Positions 17,112-25,966 of a stretch of DNA of 45,282 nt are shown here, piece by piece. Numbering within the stretch: the stretch's first letter is position 1; each line of letters begins with the position of its first letter. The translations under genes and the position numbers were made by a program. The DNA comes from an uncultured Desulfobacterales bacterium (GTDB taxonomy: Bacteria > Desulfobacterota > DSM-4660 > Desulfatiglandales > HGW-15): the NCBI GenBank assembly GCA_964475045.1, contig CAYYVD010000002.1, positions 1 to 45,282 on the forward strand. Reading direction: 5' to 3'. Under the pieces are notes generated by a model. The model was given only the letters and a program-made list of their open reading frames with translations. It did not search any database and had not been told where the DNA came from.

Positions 17112-18470
17112 TTGAAGATCATCATCGTGGGCGCCGGCGAGGTCGGCTTCCACATCGCCCAGCGTCTCTCCAGGGAAAACCAGGACGTGGTCCTGATCGA
17201 CAAGGACGCGGCGAAGACCAACCGGATCAATGAGGAGTTGGACGTCCAGGCCCTCCTTGGATCCGGCACGAGTCCGGGGATGCTCCAGCGCTCGGGCATC
17301 CTGGAAGCCGGCATGCTGGTGGCCGCCACGGACAGCGACGAGGTCAACCTCATCGCCTGCATGCTCGCCCGGCAGCTCAACCCCCATCTCTTGAAGGTGG
17401 CCCGCCTGCGCAACCCCGAGTACCTGGAGATGAAGGACCTCCTGGCCCGGGAGACCCTGGGCATCGACCACATCATCAACCCCGAGTCCACCATGGTGGA
17501 GAGCATTCGCAGCCTCATGATGGTGCCCGGGGCCTCGGATGTGATCGATTTCGTGGACGGGAGGGTCAAGCTCATCGGTGTGACCATCCTGCCCGACTCC
17601 CCCTTTGCGGGAAGAAAGCTCCTGTCCTTTCCCCAGATGGGAGCCCGTCTCCTGGTCGGCGCCATCGTGCGGGGGAACCAGGTCACCATTCCCCACGGCG
17701 AGGACACCATCCAGCCCAACGACCAGGTCTACGTGACGGCGCGCGCAGACGACCTGCAGAAGGTCTTCCGCCTCTTCGGCATCAAAGAGAAGGAGCTGCG
17801 AGGGGTCATCATCGTGGGAGGAGGGCAGACCGGGACCGCCCTGGCGAAGGCCCTGGACAAATCCCGGGTTTCCGCCAAGGTCATCGACCGGGATCCCGTG
17901 CGATGCGAGGAACTGGCCGAGTCGCTCGAGAAAACCGTGGTCATCCACGGGGACGGCACGGACCGGGATCTCCTCCTGGAGGAGAACGTCAAGGACACCG
18001 ACTACCTCGTGGCCCTTACCGGCGACGAGGAGAGCAATGTGCTCATTTCCCTCCTGGGCAAGGGGCTCGGGGTGCGCAAGACCATCACCCGCATCAACAA
18101 GCTCAGCTACCTGCCCCTGGTCTCCTCCATCGGCATCGACACGGTGGTCAGCTCCCGCTTGTCGGCCATTCGGGCCATTCTCCAGCACATTCGACGGGGC
18201 AAGATCATCTCCGTGGCCCCGCTGAAAGGGGAGCACGCCGAGGCCATCGAGGCTGAGGCCCTCGACACCTCGGACATCGTCAACGTCCCCCTCTCCCGAA
18301 TCAAGTTTCCAAAAGGGGCCCTGATCGGCGCCGTGGTCCGGGGGGACGACATCATCATTCCCCGAGGGGACACCCGGATTCTCGCCGGGGATCGCCTGAT
18401 CCTCTTCGCCCTGCAAAAGGCCATCCCCAAGCTGGAAAAGCTCCTGACCGTCAATCTGGACTACTTCTGA
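17112..18470 (+). CDS. trkA: Trk system potassium uptake protein TrkA (two RCK_N/RCK_C pairs)
   Basis: A TTG at 17112 lies 5 nt after GGAGGG. LKIIIVGAGEVGFHIAQRL is followed by a second Rossmann VIIVGGGQTGTALAKAL. The product is 452 aa. The 864-aa track ORF (15876..) is an out-of-frame read-through of eamA fused to this gene. Confidence 0.9.
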   Translation: MKIIIVGAGEVGFHIAQRLSRENQDVVLIDKDAAKTNRINEELDVQALLGSGTSPGMLQRSGILEAGMLVAATDSDEVNLIACMLARQLNPHLLKVARLRNPEYLEMKDLLARETLGIDHIINPESTMVESIRSLMMVPGASDVIDFVDGRVKLIGVTILPDSPFAGRKLLSFPQMGARLLVGAIVRGNQVTIPHGEDTIQPNDQVYVTARADDLQKVFRLFGIKEKELRGVIIVGGGQTGTALAKALDKSRVSAKVIDRDPVRCEELAESLEKTVVIHGDGTDRDLLLEENVKDTDYLVALTGDEESNVLISLLGKGLGVRKTITRINKLSYLPLVSSIGIDTVVSSRLSAIRAILQHIRRGKIISVAPLKGEHAEAIEAEALDTSDIVNVPLSRIKFPKGALIGAVVRGDDIIIPRGDTRILAGDRLILFALQKAIPKLEKLLTVNLDYF

Positions 18471-19918
18471 TGCATCCGAGGGTCATTCTCAACATCATCG
18501 GTGCCCTGATCCTGTTTCTGGGAATTTCCATGGCCTTGCCCCTGGCGGTGTCTTTGCTGCTCCGGGACGGCGCCACGCGGGCCCTGGCCGTCTCCACGGC
18601 CGTCACCACGGCCGTGGGTCTCGCCGTGTTCCTGAGCACGCGACGGTCCGAGGAGATCCAGCTCGGACACCGGGACGGTCTGGCCGTCGTGACCCTGGGC
18701 TGGGCCGTCGCGGGGCTGGTGGGAACCCTGCCCTACCTGCTCTCCGGGGCGATCCCCGGGTGGACGAACGCCTGCTTCGAGTCCCTCTCCGGGTTCACCA
18801 CCACCGGCGCCTCGATCCTGACGGACATCGAGGCCCTGCCGAAAGGGATTCTTCTGTGGCGCAGCCTCACCCAGTGGTTCGGCGGCATGGGCATCATCGT
18901 CCTGTCCGTGGCCATCCTGCCCTCTCTGGGCATCGGCGGCATGCAGCTCTACAAGGCCGAGGTCCCCAGCCCCGTGGTGGACAAGCTCAAGCCCCGCATC
19001 TCGGAAACCGCCAAGACCCTGTGGAAGATCTACCTCCTGTTCACCGGCCTGGAGACGCTCCTTCTCCTGGGAGGCGGCATGCCCCTGTTCGAGGCCGTCT
19101 GTCACGCCTTGTGCACCCTGCCCACCGGCGGGTTCTCCCCCATGAACGCCAGCATCGCCAACTATCAAAGCGCATATGCGGACGGCGTGATCCTGGTCTT
19201 CATGCTCCTGGCGGGGATCAACTTCTCCCTTCACTACCGGATCATCCAGGGGCAGATCGGCGTCTGCTGGAAAGACCCGGAGCTCGCTCTCTATCTCGGA
19301 CTGTTTGCGTTCTTCACCCTCACCGTCACCCTGGACATCTACCAAAGCATGTACCACAGCCTGTCCCAGGCGTTTCGCCACGCCTCGTTTCAGGTGGGTT
19401 CCATCCTGACCACCACCGGGTTCGCCACAGCGGACTTCGATCGTTGGCCCGCCTACTCTCGGCTCGTCCTTGTGCTCTCCATGTTCATCGGAGGGATGGC
19501 GGGCTCCACCGGAGGCGGCATCAAGGTCATGCGGATCTTGGTGCTGGTCAAGCACGCCCACCGGGAGATCCGGCGCATCATTCATCCCCACGCCGTCCTC
19601 CCGGTGAAGCTCGGGAATCAGACGGTGCCCAATGCGGTGCTCGGAAGCGTGTGGGGTTTCTTTCTCCTCTTCACGGGGCTGTTCATCACCGCGGCGCTTC
19701 TCATGGCCTTCATGGGCCTGGACCTGATCACGGCCTTCTCCTCGGTAGCCGCCTCCATCGGGAACATCGGGCCGGGCCTCGGGGCCGTGGGACCGGTCCG
19801 CAACTACTTCGAGCTCCCCGACGCCGGAAAATGGGTGCTCATCTTCTGCATGCTGCTGGGTCGCCTGGAGATCTACACGGTCATTGTGCTGCTGGTTCCC
19901 GAGTACTGGCGAAGATGA
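18470..19918 (+). CDS. trkH: Trk system potassium uptake protein TrkH
   Basis: Polytopic membrane protein with TrkH signatures (SGFTTTGASIL, FGGMGIIV, GSTGGGIKV). The ATG overlaps the trkA TGA (TGATG). Confidence 0.9.
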   Translation: MHPRVILNIIGALILFLGISMALPLAVSLLLRDGATRALAVSTAVTTAVGLAVFLSTRRSEEIQLGHRDGLAVVTLGWAVAGLVGTLPYLLSGAIPGWTNACFESLSGFTTTGASILTDIEALPKGILLWRSLTQWFGGMGIIVLSVAILPSLGIGGMQLYKAEVPSPVVDKLKPRISETAKTLWKIYLLFTGLETLLLLGGGMPLFEAVCHALCTLPTGGFSPMNASIANYQSAYADGVILVFMLLAGINFSLHYRIIQGQIGVCWKDPELALYLGLFAFFTLTVTLDIYQSMYHSLSQAFRHASFQVGSILTTTGFATADFDRWPAYSRLVLVLSMFIGGMAGSTGGGIKVMRILVLVKHAHREIRRIIHPHAVLPVKLGNQTVPNAVLGSVWGFFLLFTGLFITAALLMAFMGLDLITAFSSVAASIGNIGPGLGAVGPVRNYFELPDAGKWVLIFCMLLGRLEIYTVIVLLVPEYWRR

Positions 19919-19975
19919 GGGTGGGTTTCGCAAATGTCGGGGACACCATACTTAGAATTTCGTCCAGGGCGCAGG

Positions 19976-20839
19976 TCATCCCGAGACCCAGAGGGCGGCG
20001 TGCTCGATCTCTCGGAACAGGGCCGTGCTCACGGAGCCCATGAACACCTTGTCCATGAAGCTTTTCTGACCTCTCGCCACGGCCACCGCGGCATACCCGC
20101 CTTCCTCGGCCTCGCGCAGGATGGCCCGGGCCGGGCTCGAGGCCTCCACGGCCGAGGCGCTCACGCGCACGTTCGGCACCTTGCTCTTGGCAAGAAGCTC
20201 CTTGCCTCGGGCGATGACGGCGTCCGGCGCGCCCTTGAGCTTGCGGCCCTTGACCACGAAAATCTTGACGGGGTGGGGCTGCTCCGTTCCGAGAATCAGG
20301 CCGGTGTGCTCGGCCATGCGGTCCGCGGCCTCGGAGCCGTCCAGGCAGACCAGGACGCCCTTCCGCTCCGAATCCGGCTTGCGGCAGATCCAGATGGGGC
20401 AAGGGGGACTCACTTCCAGGAGCTCCTTGCTGACGCTGCCCTCGAAGGCCTCCTCGAACCAGTTGAGCCCCCGCTTTCCCAGGACGATGGCGTCGTAGAG
20501 CCCCCGCTCTCCCTCCTCGAGAATGTCCTTGACCTTTCCGAGCTGGCGCATCTGGAGCCGGACGTTGATTTTGTCCTCGAGAAACCCCAGCCGCAGCACC
20601 TCCTGCCTGGCCTCCTGGAGCGCCTTTTTGGCCTTGGCCTCGCCCTTGCGGGCCGCATTCTCCTGCTCCTGGACCGTTTCCCGCGTCTTCTCGCCGGTCC
20701 AGACGGCCGGAGGACGAGGCATGGTGTAGAACAGGGTGAGCTTCACCACGTCCTTGTTCGAAAAAAAACCGGCCAGAAACCTCGCGCCCTGCAAGGCGCT
20801 CTTCTGCTCGCTCACAGTCAACAACAGATGCTTTTCCAT
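19976..20839 (-). CDS. Tandem universal stress protein (two USP domains)
   Basis: MEKHLLLTVS begins at the ATG at 20839, with GAGGAG upstream. The first domain carries a G-x2-G-x9-G-S ATP motif (GKRGLNWFEEAFEGSVS). The second domain reads VLVCLDGSEAA..ARGQKSFMDKVFMGSVST. Confidence 0.75.
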   Translation of the reverse strand: MEKHLLLTVSEQKSALQGARFLAGFFSNKDVVKLTLFYTMPRPPAVWTGEKTRETVQEQENAARKGEAKAKKALQEARQEVLRLGFLEDKINVRLQMRQLGKVKDILEEGERGLYDAIVLGKRGLNWFEEAFEGSVSKELLEVSPPCPIWICRKPDSERKGVLVCLDGSEAADRMAEHTGLILGTEQPHPVKIFVVKGRKLKGAPDAVIARGKELLAKSKVPNVRVSASAVEASSPARAILREAEEGGYAAVAVARGQKSFMDKVFMGSVSTALFREIEHAALWVSG

Positions 20840-20901
20840 GCCGTCTCCTCTGCGGGCTCGCCCGGACCGCCGGTCGCCCGCAATCCGCAAATCATTCCAG
20901 G

Positions 20902-20963
20902 ATTTTTACCACTGATCCCTTCGTGTCCTTCGTGGTCAAACAGGTATTTTTGTAACCACGAAG
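20902..20963 (-). promoter_or_regulatory. Extended -10-like element with three copies of a CTTCGTG motif upstream of the usp gene
   Basis: On the minus strand, TGGTAAAAAT (plus-strand 20901-20911) resembles an extended -10. On the plus strand, CCTTCGTG occurs at 20918-20925 and 20927-20934. An inverted CCACGAAG lies at 20956-20963, forming a 9-bp stem (20928-20936 with 20955-20963). Confidence 0.25.
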
Positions 20964-21070
20964 ACCAGGAAGTGACCGAAGGGAGGAAGAAGAATCCGTA
21001 ATCGAATGTATGGAACCTACACTAAGCGGATCGGGCGCGGATTTGCAACGGAAAAACGCCCCCTTCATCC

Positions 21071-21099
21071 TTGACGCCCCCACAGACGGACGGTATGCT
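21071..21099 (+). promoter_or_regulatory. Sigma70-like promoter candidate upstream of the LOG-family gene
   Basis: TTGACG (21071-21076), a 17-nt spacer, then TATGCT (21094-21099). Confidence 0.35.
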
Positions 21100-21190
21100 C
21101 GATCCGGTTTCACACGCACTCGCTGTGGACCGGTTTTGAGCCACCCGCTCGATCCCAAAGTCGGCACATTTTTTGAGTAAACGAGGTCCC

Positions 21191-22090
21191 ATGAAGGCGT
21201 CGAACCGTGGGTTCTGCCCCTACAAACGAGCCACCGAGGAAGCGGAGTCCGCCTTGCACCACGTGGATTCCCCCCAGACCCGTTCGCCTTCCTATCGGCT
21301 CGCCTACCAGGATCCCGAGTTCCTGCTTCGAGACGATCTCCGTTCCCTGAGGCTTCAGCTGGAGCTGCTCAAGCCCCACCTCCTGCAGCAGGAACAGCAG
21401 ATCGAGTCCACGGTGGTGGTCTTCGGCAGCGCACGGATTCCGTCTCCAGAGGCGGCCCGAAAGCAGGTGGACGATGCGTTTGCCGATGTGGAGCGGGACC
21501 CCGGCAACCCGGCCCTGGAGCGCCGTCTTCGAGCGGCCCGCCGCACCCTGGCCAACAGCCGATACTACGAGGAGGCGCGCAAGCTCTGCCGCTTGATTTC
21601 CCGCGACTGCCGTTCAGGGGGCCCGCACACCCACGTCATCACCACGGGCGGGGGCCCGGGCATCATGGAGGCCGCCAACCGGGGCGCCCACGAGGCCGGG
21701 GCCAAGAGCATCGGTTTGAACATCGTGCTTCCCATGGAGCAGGCGCCGAACCCGTACATCACCCCGGAGCTCTCCTTTCAGTTCCACTACTTCGCCATCC
21801 GCAAGATGCACTTCCTCATGCGCGCCAAGGCCCTGGTGGTATTTCCAGGGGGCTTCGGGACCCTGGACGAGCTGTTCGAAGCCCTGACCCTGCTCCAGAC
21901 CGAAAAAGTGAAACCCTTTCCCGTCCTCCTGTTCGGAAAGGCGTTCTGGGACCGCCTCATCCGGTTCGAGGTCCTCGTGGAGGAAGGGGCGGTGTCCGAG
22001 GCCGACCTCGATCTGTTCGGGTTCGTGGAAACGGCCGAGCAGGCCTGGGACATCATCCGCAGATCCGGCGAGGACGAAACGGGCGGATGA
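21191..22090 (+). CDS. LOG-family (TIGR00730) nucleotide 5'-monophosphate nucleosidase-like protein
   Basis: VVVFGSAR, TTGGGPGIMEAANRGA and VVFPGGFGTLDELFEALTLLQT (the PGGxGTxxE motif). The ATG at 21191 follows GAGG. The track starts at the TTG at 21173. Confidence 0.8.
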   Translation: MKASNRGFCPYKRATEEAESALHHVDSPQTRSPSYRLAYQDPEFLLRDDLRSLRLQLELLKPHLLQQEQQIESTVVVFGSARIPSPEAARKQVDDAFADVERDPGNPALERRLRAARRTLANSRYYEEARKLCRLISRDCRSGGPHTHVITTGGGPGIMEAANRGAHEAGAKSIGLNIVLPMEQAPNPYITPELSFQFHYFAIRKMHFLMRAKALVVFPGGFGTLDELFEALTLLQTEKVKPFPVLLFGKAFWDRLIRFEVLVEEGAVSEADLDLFGFVETAEQAWDIIRRSGEDETGG

Positions 22091-22197
22091 TTCCGGACGG
22101 CAAGACAGCCGGGGACTTGACAACCGGACCGAGCGTTCTTTGATTCCAACATGACCCTCGACGCGACGCTCGAGAAGCAGGCCCCGGAGATTCGCCC

Positions 22198-23124
22198 ATG
22201 ATTTACACCGTCACCCTGAACCCAGCCCTGGACCGAGCCGTGGCCGTGGATCGGCTCCTCGAGGACGACACCACCCGGGTCCGGTCCGAACGGCATTACG
22301 CCGCCGGAAAGGGCATCGACGTCTCCCGCGTGATCACGGAGCTCGGGGGCAAAAGTGTGGCCCTGGGCCTCGTAGGCGGCTACGACGGCCTCCAGCTGGA
22401 GGGACTCCTGATCAACGCCGGCGTCATGACCAGCTTCACCCGCATCTCCGGGGAGACGCGAACGAACATCATTCTGAGGGAAGAAGCCGAGAACCGGCAA
22501 TATGTGATCAGCGCGGCCGGTCCCGAGGTCAGCGCCACGGAGATCGCCGAGTTCTACCGGAGCATTCTCGGCATTCAGGACATGGACTACCTGGTCATGA
22601 GCGGGAGCCTGGCCCGCGGCGTGTCCCACAACCTCTACGGGCAGCTCATCGTCGCGGCCCGGAAAAAGAACGCATTCACCCTGCTGGACGCAGACGGCCG
22701 GGCCATGGGGGAGTCCATCGGTTTCCAACCCGCCTGCATCAAGCCCAACACCCATGAGCTCTCGAGGCTGGTGGGCCGGGACCTGCAGGGGCGGCCGGAC
22801 ATCCTGGCCGCATGCGACGGGCTCCATGCAAGGGGCCTTCCCAACATCCTGGTCTCCCGTGGGAAGGACGGGCTGATCCTGTCCACGGAAGAAACCAAGC
22901 TCCAGGCCACAGCCCCCGTGGTGGCCGTGGAGAGCACGGTCGGCGCGGGGGACTCGGCGGTGGCCGGATTCATTCTGGCCCACTCCCGGGGATGGACGCC
23001 GGCGGAGTGCCTGCGGCTGTCCTGCGCGGCCGGGGCGGCCACGGCCATGACGCCGGGCACCGAGCTCTGCCACCGGGAGACCGTCGAGAAGCTGCTCCCC
23101 GAGATCGAGGTCGAGGTCCTTTGA
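22198..23124 (+). CDS. PfkB-family sugar-phosphate kinase (1-phosphofructokinase / tagatose-6-P kinase family)
   Basis: MIYTVTLNPALDR N-terminus typical of the FruK/LacC/PfkB group, and the C-terminal STVGAGDSAVAGF motif. Confidence 0.8.
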   Translation: MIYTVTLNPALDRAVAVDRLLEDDTTRVRSERHYAAGKGIDVSRVITELGGKSVALGLVGGYDGLQLEGLLINAGVMTSFTRISGETRTNIILREEAENRQYVISAAGPEVSATEIAEFYRSILGIQDMDYLVMSGSLARGVSHNLYGQLIVAARKKNAFTLLDADGRAMGESIGFQPACIKPNTHELSRLVGRDLQGRPDILAACDGLHARGLPNILVSRGKDGLILSTEETKLQATAPVVAVESTVGAGDSAVAGFILAHSRGWTPAECLRLSCAAGAATAMTPGTELCHRETVEKLLPEIEVEVL

Positions 23125-23187
23125 CGAGCATGCGGCGCGCTGAGCGCCTTTGAACCCCGGTTTCCGTTGCATGAGAGGAAAGACGAC

Positions 23188-23946
23188 ATGAATACCGCCG
23201 CTTCGCCGCAGACCCGCTTGGCCGTGCTCATCGATGCGGACAACGCCCAGCCGTCCATCACCGACGCCCTGCTCACCGAGATCGCCAAATACGGTGTGGC
23301 GAGCGTCAAGCGCATCTACGGCGACTGGACCACCCCCAGCCTGGGCGGCTGGAAGGCCGTACTCCTGGAGCACTCCATTCAACCGGTCCAGCAGTTCCGC
23401 TACACGGTGGGGAAGAACGCCACGGACACGGCCATGATCATCGACGCCATGGACCTGCTGTACACCAAGCGGTTCGACGGGTTCTGCCTCGTCTCCAGCG
23501 ACAGCGACTTCACCCGCTTGGCCTCCCGCATTCGGGAGGAAGGACTGCTCGTCTACGGATTCGGGGAGCGAAAGACGCCCAAGGCGTTCGTCTCGGCCTG
23601 CGACAAGTTCATCTTCACCGAGGTCCTTCGCTTCCAGGAAGAAGAAGACCCCAGCGCCAAGAAGAAGTCTCCCAACGAGCTCAAGGGGGACGCACGCCTC
23701 GTCAACCTCCTTCGGACGGCCCTGGAGGCGGCCTCGGACGAGAGCGGCTGGGCCCACCTGGGCACCGTCGGGAGCAACATTGCCAAGCAGGCGCCGGAGT
23801 TCGATCCGCGCAACTACGGCTTCAGCAAGCTAGGCGAGCTCATCTCGGCCACCAATATCTTCGAGGTGGACGAGCGGGTGCAGAGCGACGGGCACTCCCG
23901 CTCCATCTACATTCGGGACAAGAAGCGAAAGAAACCGAGGAAATGA
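23188..23946 (+). CDS. NYN (LabA-like PIN) nuclease domain protein with a C-terminal OST-HTH/LOTUS domain
   Basis: NYN motifs are LAVLIDADNA, KRIYGDW, GKNATDTAMIIDAMDL and FCLVSSDSDFTRLASRIRE.G..V.GFG. The C-terminal segment WAHLGTVGSNIAKQAPEFDPRNYGFSKLGELI is LOTUS-like. The ATG at 23188 follows GAGAGGAAAG. Confidence 0.8.
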   Translation: MNTAASPQTRLAVLIDADNAQPSITDALLTEIAKYGVASVKRIYGDWTTPSLGGWKAVLLEHSIQPVQQFRYTVGKNATDTAMIIDAMDLLYTKRFDGFCLVSSDSDFTRLASRIREEGLLVYGFGERKTPKAFVSACDKFIFTEVLRFQEEEDPSAKKKSPNELKGDARLVNLLRTALEAASDESGWAHLGTVGSNIAKQAPEFDPRNYGFSKLGELISATNIFEVDERVQSDGHSRSIYIRDKKRKKPRK

Positions 23947-23997
23947 CGCGGTGCGGAAACCCCGCTGGTGAGTCCTTGGAACAAACAGGGAGATCGC

Positions 23998-24210
23998 ATG
24001 GCCAAACCCAGATACGTTCACCTTCAGCACAGCGAATCCGTCATCGCCCAGATGTCCGCAACGATTTTCGCCGGATTCGTCCAGGCGGGCTTGCTCACGG
24101 AGGAAAACGAGGACCGGATCATCAAGAAGGCCGCCCACATCGCTGTGAAAATGGCGGATTACACGGACAAACTGGTTCAGAGCGACGAAGAGTGGATGAA
24201 GCAGGATTAG
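23998..24210 (+). CDS. Small hypothetical protein (70 aa, predicted helical)
   Basis: The ATG at 23998 follows GGGAGA. Amino-acid composition is balanced and third codon positions are strongly G/C-biased, like neighbouring genes. The competing frame (the 5' extension of the methyltransferase ORF) is Arg/Gly-rich junk. I recognise no family. Confidence 0.5.
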   Translation: MAKPRYVHLQHSESVIAQMSATIFAGFVQAGLLTEENEDRIIKKAAHIAVKMADYTDKLVQSDEEWMKQD

Positions 24211-24218
24211 ACCCCACA

Positions 24219-25016
24219 ATGCCGAAAGCCGCCGTCACATCCCATGGGCCGTCGGCCTTCAAAGAACGCTGGCTCGGGTTCTACTCCACCCGCATTTATC
24301 TGCCGTTTTCCTCCCTGTCCCAGTGGTGGCAACGGGTCTCCCGCCGCCTCCGGGGCAAGCGGGATCCCTTTGTGCAGACGACCCGCCTGCCCACGATCTC
24401 CTGGAGGGCCTGCGCCCGCAACCCGATGCCCCCCCGCTTGGTGGAACCCGAGAAGGCCAACGGCAATGTCCGACTCAGCGAGCTGGGCATTCTGGCCGCC
24501 GTGGCGTCCGATCTCCCGGACGGCGCTCCGGTGTTCGAGATCGGCACCTTCGACGGGCGGACCACCTTGAACCTGGCCCTGAACGCCCCCTCCGGCTGTT
24601 CCGTGCACACCCTGGATCTTCCGCCCGCCCGGGACACGGTGTACGAGCTCGCGAAGGGGGAGTCCCACATGGTGGACAAGCCCCGGCCGGGCGTTCGCTA
24701 CGAGGCATACCGCACCAGCCGGCCATCGGCCGTCTCCAGAATCCACCAGCACCTCGGCGACTCGGCCTCCTTCGACTTCTCGCCGTTTCATGACACCTGC
24801 TCCCTGGTGTTCGTGGACGGATCCCACGCGTATGAGTACACCCTGAACGACACGCACGCCGCCGTGGCCCTGGCCCGTCCCGGAGGCGTCGTCCTGTGGC
24901 ACGACTACGGCGTCTGGCCCGGCGTGACGAAAGCACTGGAGGAGATCGAGGAACGAGAGTGCCTCGGCCTTCGAAACGTTCGCGGCACCAGCTTGGTGTG
25001 GTGGCGGAAACCATGA
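24219..25016 (+). CDS. Class I SAM-dependent methyltransferase (Methyltransf_24 / O-methyltransferase-like)
   Basis: VFEIGTFDGRTTLNLA is a motif I-like segment. VFVDGSHAYEYTLNDTHAAVALARPGGVVLWHDY is also present. The ATG at 24219 is used. The 92 upstream codons of the track ORF look non-coding. Confidence 0.7.
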   Translation: MPKAAVTSHGPSAFKERWLGFYSTRIYLPFSSLSQWWQRVSRRLRGKRDPFVQTTRLPTISWRACARNPMPPRLVEPEKANGNVRLSELGILAAVASDLPDGAPVFEIGTFDGRTTLNLALNAPSGCSVHTLDLPPARDTVYELAKGESHMVDKPRPGVRYEAYRTSRPSAVSRIHQHLGDSASFDFSPFHDTCSLVFVDGSHAYEYTLNDTHAAVALARPGGVVLWHDYGVWPGVTKALEEIEERECLGLRNVRGTSLVWWRKP

Positions 25017-25065
25017 GCTCGAAGAACGGCCCGCAGACCTTACGCCACGGATCCGGGAGAAGTCC

Positions 25066-25848
25066 ATGGAGCCTGTGAGGACGTACGGTGAACCACCCTA
25101 CCGGGTGGCCGTGCTCCACGGCGGACCCGGCGCCCTGGGAGAGGTGGCCCCCATCGCCCAGGAGCTCGCCCGCAAGCAGGGCGTGCTCGAACCCATGCAG
25201 CAGGCCTGCTCTGTGGAAGGGCAGGTCCAGGAGCTCGACGGCCTTCTGAATGCGCACGCCCGTCCTCCCGTGACGCTGGTGGGGTTCTCCTGGGGGGCCT
25301 GGCTCGCCTGGCTGTTCGCCGCACGCCGTCCCGCCCGGGTGGAGAAGCTCGTGCTCGTCTCCAGCGGCCCCTTTGAGGAGGGCTATGCTGGTGCCGTCTC
25401 CGAGGCACGGTTCCACCGCCTCTCCTCGGAGGAGCAGAGTGAGATGGGGGATCTCATGAACACCATGGACCGTCCTGGCACCGGTGAGGCCGAGCGGGCC
25501 TTTGCCCGGTTCGGGGCGCTGCTGGAGCGGGTCGACGCCTTCGATCCCTTACCGGAGGCGGGAGGGCCTCTCGAGCTCCGCCTGGACGTGTTTCAGCGGG
25601 TCTGGCCGGAAGCCGCGGAGCTGAGGAGGACGGGGGCGCTCCTCCGCCTGGCGGAGCAGATCTCCTGCCCGGTGGTCGCGATTCACGGAGACCGTGACCC
25701 CCACCCGCCCGAGGGCGTGAAGGCCCCCCTTTCCGGTGCGCTTCGGGATTTCCGTTTCGTTCAGCTGGAGCGGTGCGGACATCGGCCCTGGATCGAACGC
25801 CACGCCAGGGAGGCCTTTTTCCGCGCCCTGGAGTCGACCGTACCCTGA
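25066..25848 (+). CDS. Alpha/beta-fold hydrolase
   Basis: VAVLHGGPG oxyanion-region motif and the nucleophile elbow VGFSWGA (G-x-S-x-G). The C-terminal segment reads VVAIHGDRDPH ... RCGHRPW. Confidence 0.7.
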   Translation: MEPVRTYGEPPYRVAVLHGGPGALGEVAPIAQELARKQGVLEPMQQACSVEGQVQELDGLLNAHARPPVTLVGFSWGAWLAWLFAARRPARVEKLVLVSSGPFEEGYAGAVSEARFHRLSSEEQSEMGDLMNTMDRPGTGEAERAFARFGALLERVDAFDPLPEAGGPLELRLDVFQRVWPEAAELRRTGALLRLAEQISCPVVAIHGDRDPHPPEGVKAPLSGALRDFRFVQLERCGHRPWIERHAREAFFRALESTVP

Positions 25849-25966
25849 ACACCCGGCCCGGGGTCCCGTCGGCGGACACCCTTGATTTCGACCCTGCCAT
25901 CGGGTACTCCCAGGGCCGGTGAAGGCCGAGAGCCGGTTACCTATGGACCCACAACGGAGCAGCGAC

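Noticed and set aside
21032-21047. A sigma54-like element cGGgcgcggatTTGCA upstream of the LOG gene.
   Set aside because: The -12 TTGCA and the GG/GC spacing fit. However, the -24 box (cGGGCG against TGGCAC) is poor. A better sigma70-like promoter lies 25 nt downstream, and no enhancer-binding-protein gene is nearby.
21787-23757. A 656-aa ORF on the minus strand.
   Set aside because: It runs antisense across three well-supported plus-strand genes (LOG, PfkB kinase, NYN-LOTUS). Its composition is Arg/Gly/Pro-rich, so it is a shadow ORF. The same reasoning applies to 1468..2628, 2580..3776, 10567..11787, 10977..12557, 13107..14297, 16641..18416, 18461..19933, 28879..30432, 31446..32534, 34602..36656 and 36623..38704.
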